A DNA stretch of 64,000 nt, from the NCBI RefSeq assembly GCF_020745735.1, contig NC_083438.1:32300443-32364442 (forward strand). The letters run 5' to 3'. Made by a program: the position numbers and the translations under genes. This DNA is from Hemiscyllium ocellatum (lineage: Eukaryota). The notes under the pieces were generated by a model. It had not been told where the DNA came from and ran no database searches. It saw only the letters and a list, made by a program, of their open reading frames with translations. Shown one piece after another: positions 36,662-49,949 of this stretch (position 1 is the stretch's first letter; each line of letters starts with the position of its first letter).

Positions 36662-37829
36662 CTGAGTTTCCACCTCTCTGAGCCTGGCTCAGGGAGGGGG
36701 GAATCAGCCCAGTGTTGGGGGGATCGAGTGATTCCTGATAAAAAGCCTGAGCTCAGGATTTTGATCAACAATAACCTTTCACTTTGCACAAATCCTTCTG
36801 AGCAGCACCATCTCAGGAAAACTCCCAGTGGGAGTGTTGTCCCTTTATTCAAAAACCTGACCAAGTATTTCCTCCTCTGTATTATATCTCAGCATTACTG
36901 TTACAGTCTGTGTCCAAACACTGTCTCAGGGTTCAGCTGTGTAACCCTGACTCTAACCCCCAACACTAATCCTGTGAGATATTTTTCACAGATAATTTCT
37001 TTATTCTTAATTAAGAACTTTAATAACTTGTTCTCAGTGCGAGTGATGCTGCCAGTGCCCCATTTATTGTCCATGTGGCCTTGACCCACTGCAGTCCTTG
37101 TAGTGATGGTGCTCCCTCAGTGGGGAACATGGGAAGAGGCTTCAGAAACTCCCCATGCAGCAGCACCTACTGGGCAAAGCCAGGAACTGCATCACAACCA
37201 CCTGGTGAAGAGGCACTTGGAAAGGTAGGGGTTCCAAATGAACCTGTTTCACTATAATCTGATTTTGTGTGATTTTTAACTTTATTTCCTGCAGTATTGT
37301 AATGTAATGAAGGTATTGATAATGTATTGATCTTGTGCAGATATGTCCTGTATGTTTATTTCTGACTTTTGTGCACGAAACAAGACGGTAAATATTTTAT
37401 ATGCAGATATTTCTATATTTTTATCCTGGATATTTCTTACTTTTCTACCTCTGCTTTTTGCTCTGAGCTGTGATTAAAGAAAAGCTGGTGCTGATGTTAG
37501 GGGGGGCTACAGTCTGATGTTTAATGACTGCTGGTCACTGCATGAACAGAGGGGCTGCTGTCTACAGGCAGTAAGTCCCTGATACGACTTGGAGTGAATG
37601 GAATTGGCTGAAGACTGGGATCAGTGATTGTGGGAATCTCAGGAGGAGCAGGAACATTTATCCAGTCGGTGTTCCTGGCTGGAGATGTTCTGTGAACTCT
37701 TCAGTCTTTTACAATGTGCCAAGGGAAGGTACATAGGAGCAGGAGTCAGCCAATTAAGTTGTTTGAGCCTGGTCTGCCATTCTCGATCCTGGCTGATCAT
37801 CTACTTCAAAAGAACAAAACAACAAAAGT

Positions 37830-38350
37830 ACAGCACAGGAACAGGCCCTTCAGCCCTCCATCATCATGCTTTCACTAAATTAACAAACAAACCTTCTGCC
37901 CTTACTCAGTCTGTATCCCTCTATTCCCTCCCTATTTATGGCATCATCTGGATGCCTCTTCAATGTCACCAATGTTCCTGCTTCCACCACCTCTTCTGGC
38001 AGTGTGTTCCAGGCTCCTAGCACAGTGTGAAAACCTTCCCGCACACATCTCCTTAAACCTCCCCCTCTCACCTTGAACCTGTGCCCCCTTGTAATTGAAA
38101 CTTCAACCCTGGGGAAAAGCCTCTGACTATCCACCCTATCCATGCCTCTCATAATGCTGTAGACCTCTGTCAGGTCTCCTCTCAGCCGCTGTCTTCCCAG
38201 TGAAAACAACCCTAGTCTTTTTAACCTTTCTTTGGGGCCAATGCCCTCGAGATCTGGCACCATCCTGGTGACCCTTCTCTGTGCTCTCTCCATGTCCTTC
38301 TGGTGGCATGGCAACCAAACCTCATTACCATATTCCTGCCCCTCCCCCAT
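37830..38350 (-). mobile_element. CR1 3' end
   Basis: ERAQRRVTRMVPDL...RLGLFSL...RLRGDLTEVY...TRGHRFKV (ORF 37880-38350). Confidence 0.85.
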
Positions 38351-38430
38351 ATCTCTCCCTGTGATCAGTGACTAGACGTTGATCAAGCTCTGTCTTCCAA
38401 TTGCCTCTGAATTGCTTCCTGTACCTGTGT

Positions 38431-38440
38431 TCTCTCTCTC

Positions 38441-38490
<50 letters not shown>
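38431..38490. repeat. Compound (CT)n(CA)n microsatellite
   Basis: Directly visible. Confidence 0.9.
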
Positions 38491-38491
<1 letters not shown>

Positions 38492-40157
38492 GTCTCTTTG
38501 AGCAGATGAAGGTTCCCCATCATTGAGGATACGGATGGACATGGAGTCACCTCCCACTCGATGGTGAATGGTTCCCCACCATTAAAGGCTGAATGCAGCA
38601 GCATTGCAGAGCTTTGATGGTGTGAACACTTTCTTTTATGTTGACTCCGTTTCAGGAAAGGTTTACATTTTCTAGCACCTTTCACCTCTGTACCACATCC
38701 CACAATGCTTCCCGGTCAGTGAAGGGACTGTTGTAATCTCGGAATGATGGGGATTAATTTGCACACAGTAAGTTCCCACACGTAGCACTGTCATAATGAT
38801 CAGATTCTCTGTTTGATTTAAATGCTGGTGGTTGAGGGGGATATTGACCCAAAAGTGAGGGTGCAGGAGGAAAGAGCTCTCTATCAGTTACAGCTCCCAC
38901 CTTTTCCCCAGCCCTCCATATCCCAGCACAATGTGCCCTCAGGAAGCCCCTCTCTCCCCAGCCCACTGCCCTCTTTTACATTTCTGTCTCATCCTGCCCC
39001 TCGTTTCTCCCTCCCTCTCTGGAATAATCCTGCAGTTTCTGAACACACACACACACTCACACTTTCCTTTTCCTAGAGTTCCAGATAACTCTGATATTTC
39101 CAAGATGATTTATCCAAGCCTTTCCCTGACTCCTGCCCCTGTTTCTGTTTCCCACCAGATCTTTCCCTCCTCTGGTGAGTCTGGGAGATCCCACCTTTTA
39201 TTTCCCTTCAATCTCTCCATTAACGTTGTTCCCTTCTCCCCATGAAGTTTAGATATTGAGCCCTCTGCTCCCCACCTAAAGGGCCTGTCTCCTTTCCATG
39301 TCCCTCAGCCTTGTGTGGGGCTTCTCCTTTTCTCTCCAGCCCTTTCCTGGCCCCTGGCCCACGGTGACTCTCTCCCCTCTCTCACACACACACACACACA
39401 CACACCCCGCCCATCGATGTACCCGCACCCCGGGGATTCGGGCCTACCGGCCGTGGGCAGTCAGTCCAGCCGGCTGATCCGGAGCCCCCTCTAGTCCCCT
39501 GGCCCCTGGTAAACTCTCCTACTGACCCCACACCCCCTCCCTCCCCAATTCATCTTCCCCAAAATGATTCTGCAAAACGGAGGTGAGTGCTGTTTCCAGT
39601 CAGACACCCTCTTTATTCTACAAGGGATGTGTGTTGTGGTAGTGACCCCACCTCTGGCCTTAGTTAAAATCCCACCTTCTCCAGAGATGTGTCCTAACAT
39701 CCCAGACCAGGTTTGTTAGAAGTCTCTGCCTAGGGGGGAGGGGGTGGGGGTAGGAACAGCGATCTGATTTGAGTCCCAGATTGCTCCAGCTCTCAGTCTC
39801 AGTGGTTTCCATGGGTTTCTGCAGCAGCATCAGGTGACAGGATTTATGAAATGGTTCGAGGCTACCCCAGCTCCCACACACACTTCTGGCCAGTGCATTG
39901 GAAAGGTGGTCACTCCTAACCCAGTGCACATCCCTCAGCACTGGCTCTCTTTCTCCAGCTCATGGAACCCCTGGAGGTGTGTACCCCACAAAGGGGTGTG
40001 TTTCTGACAGGTCCCCATCCCTCCCAGCCCCGGGCCCATCATCCCATCCCCAGCTTCAATGATCCTTTTGGCTTGACAGTATCAATGGGGTCCCTCTTCC
40101 CGTTGTGTTGGAGAGCGGTTCCCCCATGACACGGCCATCACTCTAGCCCTTCACTGG

Positions 40158-40344
40158 AGGAGAAGAAAAGTGAGGACTGCAGATGCTGGAGACCAGAGCT
40201 GAAAAATGTGGTGCTGGATAAACACAGCAGGTCAGGCAGCATCCGAGGAGCAGGAGAATCAGCGTTTCGGGCATAGGCCCTTCTTCAGGAATGAGCCCTC
40301 ATTCTTCTGCTCCTCGGATGCTGCCTGACCTGCTGTGTTTTTCC
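40158..40344. mobile_element. Fold-back pair of Penelope family A ends
   Basis: 13-bp duplication AGCCCTTCACTGG at 40145-40157 and 40345-40357. Confidence 0.85.
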
Positions 40345-40979
40345 AGCCCTTCACTGGGGTAACATGCTTCCCAGTATTGGCAGGTATTCCAATCAGGATG
40401 TGTGTCTGTGTGTGTGTGTGTTCAGGGGATTACCTTCCTGTTCTGTTGCCTGTAGTTGTTCTGGTTCCAATGTGAAATTATTTGATTACAACACACACAT
40501 TCCAGTTCTCTGCTGCTTTATGATGTATTTATTTGACTGTTAGTTCTCTGTATCTAAATTCTGTGTCTTATTATCCTGCCCCACTAGTTACCTGCTGAAG
40601 GTGCAGGGCTCCGAGAGCTAGTGCTTCCACATAAACCTGTTGGACTATATCCTGATGGTGTGTGATTTTTAACTTCAAATTGCTGAGACACTGAGTCCAC
40701 CGCCACCAAGTGGGTAAGGATGGTACTGCAGAGCTGCTTCACAACATTTGAACAACGAAGTGAAAAATCGCACTGCACCATTTGTCCCGGCATCTCCAAA
40801 TCATTTCAATAACAAAGTCCTGTATTTCTCCAACACGTCTGAAGCTCATTTCTAGTCCATGAAATAAGAGTGAAATTAGGTGTTTTGAAGTGCACGTTAC
40901 CGCAAAAAACGTCACTAAAACTGGTCAGGGCAAAAGCAGATCACCTGATTTAATTTGTGGGTGTTTAGGAATAAAGATC

Positions 40980-41260
40980 TCCATTGAAAACACCCTGAAC
41001 ATCTTCCAGACCAAGGGATTTTTCTCATTCCCCTGAAGAACAGATGATGCTCCAGTTCAATGTTTCACCCAAACAACTGAATACCCAACATTGCAGCAAT
41101 TTGTCCCGATGTCTCCTTTGACAGTGCAGCACTCCCTCAACACTGCCCTGGGACTGTCACCCTGCATTGTGGGGCTCTTGCCTCTGCACTGGGATTCAAA
41201 AGTGAGGGCACAACCCACTGAAACACTGTAGGACCTTAATGTAGTCACTGAGCACTGGAT
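40980..41260 (-). mobile_element. DeuSINE/SacSINE1-like fragment
   Basis: Reverse complement of gtgttgagggagtgctgcactgtcaaaggagac, related to 10940-11410. Confidence 0.5.
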
Positions 41261-41574
41261 CAATGCTGTCCTGGACTGGATTGCAGGACAGGTGAATATG
41301 GTTAATTCCACGCTGGGATTTTTGACTGATTGGGAATTATAGGATAGAGGAATCAGGCAGGAAAGTGGAATTGAGGTAGATCAGGCATTGAACAGGAAAC
41401 AAGCTGGAGGGGTCTAATGGTCTCCTCCTGTTCCTGTACATTCTTAAAATGTATATTCCCAGCACCGGATGGACAGTCTGTCTATTCCCAATCCATGTCA
41501 GTATATTATCCACAATCCCATGTGGTCTCACATTGTTAACTAACCAGAGCGGGGTAAGCAGGGAGAATGTGAAC

Positions 41575-41626
41575 CTGACAGAAGGGTGGACATCAGAAGC
41601 AGAATTGTGGGAATTGTCCAGTTCAT
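41575..41626 (-). CDS. Orphan signal-peptide exon of an unidentified secreted or membrane protein
   Basis: Acceptor cattttcag 8 nt upstream, A at -3, MNWTIPTILLLMSTLLS-G, phase-1 GT donor (weak, gttcac). Confidence 0.5.
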
Positions 41627-42324
41627 AGTTAAATCTGAAAATGACACCAGTTCAGTTCCTGCTGTACCACAGGAAGAGGTGGAGGAGGGGCTCAGTGCGG
41701 AACTGAACCAAGGAAAGTTCCAATCTCCTACAAAAAGACAGCGGGAGCCAGTTCCCATGTGGGTATTCAGAGAGAGGGCCGATGGTGGTTGAACTGGTGC
41801 CCTGGATTCTGAACCGGTGCCCTCTGGGCCTGGACTCTCAGCTGGGGGCTTCTTGACCCGCTGTAGTCCATGTGCTGTGGGTAGACCCACAATGTCTTTA
41901 GGCAGTTGGCTGGGTGGGAATTAGAATTATGTTTACTGTCAGATGTACTCACATGGGGAGAATCCGTTGTACTGACTCAGTAGCTGAAGAAGCATGCTGT
42001 ACGGTATGTATCTCATATGATAGCCTCAAGAAAATTTTGATATTTTTTGCTCCAACATGTAACTGTTTTCTTCTTCAAACCCATTCCCCAAAATAATTCC
42101 AACTGCCAATTTGGTTCAACAGATTTATTTACAGATTTGAATATTGATCTGCGGTGTTTCAAATTTCCATTGCGTACAGATTGTGATCCAGTGCCCTAAT
42201 GTATGGAGATGAGAAATTGTACACATAACATTCTCCCCACATCAGCGAGCTATTGTGATGGATCCAAGTTAACTCTTGTCATGTTTTCCATCCTAATTCT
42301 TTATTGGTGAGTATTTTATTTTAG

Positions 42325-42620
42325 ATTAGATTACTTACAGTGTGGAAACATTCCTTTAGGCCCAACAAGTCCACACCGACCCTCCGAAGAGCAACCCACC
42401 CCGACCCATTGCCCTACATTTACCCCTTCACCTAACACTACGGGCAATTCTAGCATGGCCAATTCACCTAACCTGCACATTTTTGGACTGTGGGAGGAAA
42501 CCCACGCAGACACTGGGAGAATGTGCAAACTCCACACAGACAGTTGCCTGAGGCGAGAATTGAGCCCGGGTCTCGGGAGCTGTGAGGCAGCAGTGCTAAC
42601 CACTGTACCACCGGGCCACC
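42325..42620 (-). mobile_element. HE1-like V-SINE, full length
   Basis: Head GGTGGTACAGTGGTTAGCAC, tail CACACTGTAAGTAATCTAATCT. Confidence 0.9.
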
Positions 42621-44081
42621 CCATGAACAAAATATAACGCTAATAAAAAACCATCTTGTATCAATTATGTAATTTCATCAGTACGTGCATGTGCAGATTG
42701 ATAAAATTAGTTTTATATGCCAATAATGCTTTCCTGATAGATACTTTTTCAGTAACACCACAACATCCTCGATGGACCTCGCCATTGCAGGAGTCACCGA
42801 TGCTACCGGCTACCACGAACATCCAAACTCAATTCCATTTTTGTCATAAATCTACTTCCTGCCCAACTCGCTGATACAGCTGCTGCTGATTCTGCCGGGT
42901 TATCTTCTGGGTTAAAGTTTGTTGCCATCACCTCAGTGATTCTGCATTGGGTGCAGCCTCTGCCGTGCACAGGAGCTGGCTTCTGCTGCAGGAGCATTGA
43001 GTTGGAGCTCGGGCCTCGTTGTCGGATGGAGATACCGCCAAGGAGACAAACTCGCCTCTGACACTGTCACAACGAGACCGCGCTCGGCCCGTGCATGACC
43101 CACTCAGGTCCACGCTGCAGAGCCCATTCACACCTCTGCCAGGCTGACTCGCTACCCCCGATGACATGGTCATGACTGAGCTCTTCAACAAGACCTAAGG
43201 AGAATGGAAGATGAAGCAAAAAGAAAAAAAAAGAGAAAGAAGAGAAGAGAAAATTTTAAAACAACAGATGAAGAGAGCAAGCCTCAGGCTCAGAAGCCCT
43301 ACTGCCTGGTCACCACCTTGATAGAAACTCCAATGGTGTACTTAGACTGTGTGGTAACTCAAAGTAGCGTGAAATTGAGAAAGAAAACACGTGGAATCCA
43401 TTGTGCAATTGCCCCTCTCTTCAGTTGGTAATTCCGTTTGATGTTTAATGAGACGAGTGAGCGATCATTGGTGGTTTTGTGACCGAAGTCTGTCCATTAC
43501 CAGATCTTTTGCAGAAGAGTGCTTCATGACATTCGACTGAACAGCACATACAGATTGTTTCAGAATGTAACCAAACTTTCAGCTGCAGCTCCAGTGCTGC
43601 AGGCGCTGGACTCAAACCTCCTTTTTGCAATAGAATTCGTTGCAATAGATGTAACACTTGCAGCAGTGCTTTTTATCAGAAACACCATGGGTGATTGGGA
43701 GCAGTGGCAAATGCCTTTAGTCTTTAAAGGCCAGTAGAACGAGGACTTAAAATGTCTAAGAGAATTCTTCAGGCAATTTTCTGGACAAGATTTCCTTTTC
43801 ACGGACTTGCATTTATTTCCTTGGATATCTTTGCAAAACACACTCCTACTCTACCACACTGAATTTACAGTGAGGTATTCAGATAAATAGTGACTCAGAC
43901 AACTCCATTGATGGTCAGTAAGACTTTTTCTTTGATTAAATGGGCCACAAGAGTCCAGACAGCATTTTGGTTGGAAGATGATCAAAATTAATTGATAAAG
44001 TTCGGAGAGGCAAATGTCAGAACAGGTGATGAGTTGACAGGTGTTCGGATTTTGGAAGACGGAAGCATGTTAAAGAATGCT

Positions 44082-44365
44082 AGGGGCAGCACGGTGGCTC
44101 AGTGGTTAGCACTGCTGCCGCACAGCACCAGGGACCCAGACTCAATTCTAGCCTTGGGAGACTTTCTGTGTCCAGTTTGCACGTTCTCCCCGTATCTGCC
44201 TGGGTTTCATGCCGCAGTCCAAATATGTGCAGATCAGTTGAATTGGCCATGCGAAATTGCCCATAGTGTTGGTCAGAGGGAAATGGGTCTGGGTGGGTTA
44301 CTCTTCGCAGGGTCAGTGTGGACTTCTGGGGCCGAAGGGCCTGTTTCCACACTGTAGGGACTCTA
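44082..44365 (+). mobile_element. HE1-like V-SINE
   Basis: GGGGCAGCACGGTGGCTCAGTGGTTAGCAC head to GGGCCTGTTTCCACACTGTAGGGA tail. Confidence 0.9.
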
Positions 44366-46609
44366 ATCCAATGATGGAGTTGAACCAATTGCTGAACAAA
44401 TCATTGGCCAAGCTATTTGGTAAAGTCCACATGATAAGACAATTCCTATTAGCCCAAGAGCTGCAGATCATTTTTATTTTTCTGATGCCCGCCCACGCGT
44501 ATGACTGCATTGTTTTCCAAGAAATTTTCTAATATCATTATGATACTGTTTGCCTACGCTTGTTCAATCATTATCCTCATTCTTCATATATAAAACAAAT
44601 TGGTGTTAATATGTAAACATTCTTGCTTATCGAAGCTTGTTTATCGAACGTGTCTGGAAATTAAATAATTTAAATATATAATAGATGGTTAAAAAAACAA
44701 ACAAGATAATAGCTTGATTCTATTATTAGATGACTGAAATTGACTTCATTGAGTTTCTTATTCTTGTTTTGACGGCCAGAATACAATCATTGGAAATGGT
44801 GTTTCAATATAAATATATGGAAGAGCAGATGAGAGATTTTTATCTTACTCTACGAATTGCAGGACATGTTGAATATTGACATTTATTCCTTGAATTTAAC
44901 GCATCAATTGTAGACAGATTTGGATATCAGTTCGCAGGAGATTCTTTTTTCAGGTGGTACAATAGGCCCTAATGTAATATGGTTCAAGTTCAGTCTGACC
45001 CAGAATCATTCTAACTTATCAGTTTAATTTTGTGTACATTTTAGTGTTCTGTGTAAAACAAATAAACCACAACGGAGCATGGTGGTTTTGAATGTCTAAT
45101 TTTGGATAATCCTTACAATGCTTAAGGTGGGGATAGTTGTAGGAGATCACCTGGAAGCAGTTAAAGATCAAAGTGAAGTTGTATATGCAAAAATTTAATA
45201 AGTTGTAGGCATCTAATATTAATTAAACACTAATAGGAATTTTGACTGGATTCAAACACTGTCATGATTTGTCATCCATTTCTCTTGGAACTTCAAGATC
45301 AATAGGAGGAGCTATCGTCAGGTGGTGAGAAGCAGAAATGGCATGAGACTAGTTAAGAGCTACAATGAAGCTTGCTGCGAACTTTCATCAAGACTTTTTT
45401 TTTACCTTGACCTCAGTTAACACTGCAGCTCGGGCATGTGGTGATTTGTCCTGTAAGCTGTAACTTGCAGGTTCCTGGACTGATTGAAAAAGGGAGTTTA
45501 CATAATGGTCTGCACGATATAACTGCACCATATTATCTTACATGGTGCATGGATTGTGGCTGTTTATGACTTGGCGTAAATATTTGGGAGGTGTTTATAA
45601 TAAACCCCATTGGCTGGGAGCATGATCAGATTTGGTCAATTCATTGGCTGAGTGCCGCAGAGGTTTTCAGACATGTAAACATATGTTGGGATTAATGTTA
45701 ACCGAGAAAAGGATTTTACAAAAGTGTGCTCTAGAGAGTAATATTTGAGACGAAGGTACCCTGAAGTCATCATCGGAGAAGACGAAGAACCACGAGACAG
45801 CACCTGCATTGAGACCAAACATTGGCCATTTCACTCGAATTGGGGATTGTACTTGTTTCAACGTCAACTTGTGTAATTAAAATTAGAGATAAATTTAAAG
45901 TGAGGTGAAGTGAATTTGAAATGTAGTGAGTTGAATTTAAGGTATATGAATTTATCAGTAAATGTTGCAATGAACGTGTGATTTATATTGAGTATTGGTA
46001 CCTCAATAGTTCAAGAACGAAAGATTTGTTTAAGTAATGCCTGAGTCTAATAGATGCTAAATCTAGGTGGGCATAGACACTTTCAGAAATTCCTTTCTCT
46101 CTGCTTTATCTTTCTTTTTTGCAATCCAGCCTGGAAATCATGATTTGTAGAAAGATGGTTTCACAAAAGATTATGCTCTTCATTTCATCTCGTTTTCGCA
46201 ATGACTAGTGTTTTAAAGTAACCTGTGTAAATGTTTCTATGGATTACGATACAAATCTATATATCAACATGCCCTTTAAGCATATAAGACGCTGCAAAGT
46301 GTTTCTGGTTGCATGTTATCATTTGAAATTTAACCAGTGCAATATCATCCCCAAAATTATATTATTAAACTGACAGCGTTAAAGCAAGCTCCCTCACTAG
46401 AGATAGGCGAGTGTTAGTATGAGTGGCTCACCAACCCTCAGGTGATGGTCAAGACTGAGCGAATAGGACATTCACAATACGTTCAACTTAATGGCATTGA
46501 ACTCATGCTTTGGGCTATTACTCAAGATGAGTAAATTTGTCATCCAGCCAACTGTGCAACTAATCGAGGACCATTGCATAATTTCGAGGAAAATAATGTT
46601 CCATACAGA

Positions 46610-47990
46610 ATCAAAAATCACACAGCACCAGGTTATTTGAAAGCACTAACTTTCAGAGCACTGCTCCTTTGTTAGGTGGTTGTGGGGTGAAAGATCATAA
46701 GACACAAAATTGATCACAAAAGGTTACAGTGTGATGTAACTGAAATTATATATTGAAAAAGACCCGGATTGTTTGTTAAGTCTCTCATCTTTTCGAATGA
46801 ACTTGTTGGTTTCAGCTCTTTCATATGTAAATCACAGAACTTTCTTAAAGTTATATTCTCAAGTGAACTTTAACAATAAGTTGAAAGTGAGGACTGCAGA
46901 TGCTGGAGATTAGATTCAAGATTAGAGGGTGCTGGAAAAGCACTGCAGGTCAGGCAGCATCCGAGAAGCAGGAAAATCGACATTTCAGGCAAAAGCCCTT
47001 CATCAGGAATGAGGCTGGGAGCCTCGGGGAGGGAGAGATAACAATTGGCGTCATGTTGGCCCAGATAATACATTGAAGGTGTGAGGTGCCCTGTGTGAGA
47101 CTGTCTGTTCCACAATGTTCAGATTGATTCTAATCTAAAAAATGGATTTACAGAATCTTACATGGATTCATGCAGTTTTTAAGCAAAAACAAAATGTAAT
47201 TCTGCAAGTACAAATTCACCCGACAAAATGTGTGTGCATATGGGTGCGTGTGTGTGCAAGGGCTACGAGTGTCTGTGAAAGTGTGTGTGTGTATGTGTGT
47301 GAGTGTAAATGGGTGAGAGGTGCGTATGTGTGTGAATGTGGGAGCAGGTGACCCCACTGCACTAAACACACACAGACCCAGACGCGCAGACACAGGCACG
47401 CACTCACACTCAGACAGATGCACACACACACACCCACACACAGACAGATGTACACTCACTCCTACAGACACACACACACACACACACTCCTACAGACTCA
47501 TACACTCCCGCAGACCCTCTCACATGTACAAGCTCTCTCTCACACTCTCACATATACAAGATTCTGTAATTCCGGTTATTTAGGTTAGAACATTGTGGCA
47601 CAGACAGTCTCACACAGGGCTCGGCAACACCTTCAATGCATTACCTGGGCGGACATGACACCAATTGTTCATCATCACTTGAGAATGTAACTTTTAAAAA
47701 GTTCTGTGATTTGCATATGAAAGAACTGAAACGAACATGTTCGTTCTAAAAGATGAGAGACTTAACAAACAATCCGGGTCCTTTTTAATGTACAATTTTA
47801 GTTACATCAAACTGCAAACTTTTTCTCTAAATTCTGTGTCTTATAATTGTGTACTCCACTACTTCCTGATAAAGGAGCCGCGCTCCGAAAGCCAATGCTT
47901 CCAATTAAAGCTGTTGGACTATAACTTAGTGTGATGTGATTTTCAACTTTGTACACCCCAGTCCAGCACTGGCATTTCCACACCAACACA
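46610..47990. mobile_element. Tail-out inverted pair of Penelope family C 3' UTRs (- about 46610-47345; + about 47347-47990), with a nested family A end at 46878-47038
   Basis: Arms are reverse complements and match 50955-51677; the nested insert has a TAACAAT duplication (46871-46877, 47039-47045) and the empty site is seen at about 51265-51275. Confidence 0.8.
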
Positions 47991-48367
47991 GAGTGGGCAT
48001 CGAAAAGGAATGAAGTTCGTACAATGGCATGTTTGAAATATTTCGAGAGGTATTGGAAACACAAGTTTGAAATATACATTTTTAAAACAATTCGCTTACC
48101 TTATAATGTGAATTCAATCAGTTGAATAATTGCTAACAGAAAGATTTATTTTTATTTTGTTTCTTTTTCTGTCGTTGACAGCAACAGTGTAACTCCATCA
48201 CAAGAATAGGATGACAACAATTTGATCGACAATTGTGAAGAATGACGTGTACTGATATCATAAAATGTGTTACCAAATGGTACCCCTGGGGTTTTTCCTA
48301 TTATATATAAATATTTCACCACGCTATCATTATGTAGTTGCTGGTAGATTAACACATCTGACTGAAC

Positions 48368-48437
48368 ATGCATGAACCGCCATCTGGTCTGGTGTATGCA
48401 ATTTATTATTCAATTCTTGCTGCTGTTGGTGTCCCAG
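48368..48437 (+). CDS. Exon 1 of a GPR139/GPR142-like class A GPCR (exon 2 not found in the window)
   Basis: ATG with A at -3 after an in-frame stop; MHEPPSGLVYAIYYSILAAVGVP-G|gtaatg resembles the TM1 start of GPR139 (VYYSLLLCLGLPA) with the family's phase-1 intron position, recalled from memory. Confidence 0.6.
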
Positions 48438-49429
48438 GTAATGTGTAATCTTAAGAGTTGTGTAAAGCGATGTGTGAGTATCTCGTTGGACTTGCTGCAC
48501 GTCTGCTATGTAATTCTCCCGTGTTAATTCGCTTAAAAAATCTTCACATAGACTGCAGCCACTACTCAGTGGCGAAGCAAGGATCATTTGTATTATTTAT
48601 TTAAAATGTTTTGTTGAAATATTACTTCCATGCCTTAGTGAATAACTTTTTTTTTCAATTCGTTCTCGATGAAATACGTTTCGATCAGGCATAAATTATG
48701 ATTCGGCTCAACAGTGCTCCATTTTACATTTGAATTTGACGTAGCTTGCATTCAACTTCCAAGTCTTGCACGTCATGTTCCATGTCGAAATACAGTGAGT
48801 TAAAAAATATCATGGATTGAAAATATTTTACACTGACATGTAAATTTACTAATAATGCTCTGTTACATTGCCCAATAAGGAGCATTGCAAATGACAAATG
48901 TATTCATTGATATCAAAGGGAAAATCAACAGAGATAAAGTTTTATCATCAGTTTTGCACATTGAGGGCAAATAAATTAGTTCCAAACTCAGAGTAAGAAA
49001 CTAGATTTCAAGTTGGAATAGCACAGAAAAACTAGAAAACCTCAGCAGATCTGGGAGCATTTGTAGAGAAAGAAATGGGATTTCATTATGTATGATTACT
49101 CTTTTTCATAAGAAGCTCGAATTTCTCCAAAGTTTTCTCCAAAGGTTTCAGACTTCCAGCAAAATGCCCGAAAGGACACCAAGCCTGGACTATCCCATTC
49201 TCACAGAAGGGGGTGGGTGAGGAATCCGGGTGCAGTCTCTGTGGGAAAAGCCGGGTCAAAGCTGCTTTAACCCTGAAGGGAATGGAGTAAAATAATGATC
49301 CGAGTGGGTTTCCCGGAAAACTGTGGGTCCAGATCCGGAGTGGAGAGAGAGGGAAGGGAAAGTGAATGACCACACCCTCCCCCAACATGGGTCAGTCTAA
49401 TATCTGTATCAATTCCCGAATGACACACC

Positions 49430-49938
49430 CACACACAGACAGATGTACACTCACTCCTACAGACACACACACACACACTCCTACAGACTCATACACTCCC
49501 GCAGACCCTCTCACATGTACAAGCTCTCTCTCACACTCTCACATATGCAAGATTCTGTAATTCCGGTTTTTTAGGTTAGAACATTGTGGCACAGACAGTC
49601 TCACACAGGCCTCAGCAACACCTTCAATGCATTACCTGGGCGGACATGACACCAATTGTTCATCATCACTTGAGAATGTATTTAAAAAGTTCTGTGATTT
49701 GCATATGAAAGAACTGAAACGAACATGTTCGTTCTAAAAGATGAGAGACTTAACAAACAATCTGGGTCCTTTTTAATGTACAATTTTAGTTACATCAAAC
49801 TGCAAACTTTTTCTCTAAATTCTGTGTCTTATAATTGTGTACTCCACAACTACCTGATGAAGGAGCCGCGCTCCGAAAGCCAATGCTTCCAATTAAAGCT
49901 GTTGGACTATAACTTAGTGTGATGTGATTTTCAACTTT
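49430..49938 (+). mobile_element. Penelope family C 3' UTR; near-identical direct duplicate of about 47440-47948
   Basis: ORFs 47737-47934 and 49725-49922 are almost identical; hammerhead motif at 49854-49882 with U16.1 changed to C. Confidence 0.85.
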
Positions 49939-49949
49939 AGTTTGACGTG

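Noticed and set aside
42700-45900. Possible gene or old LTR element (RNase H-like AAPVLQALD..AVL at about 43580-43680; LTR-like 45620-45900)
   Set aside because: Only one weak motif and no sustained reading frame; cannot be supported without a search.
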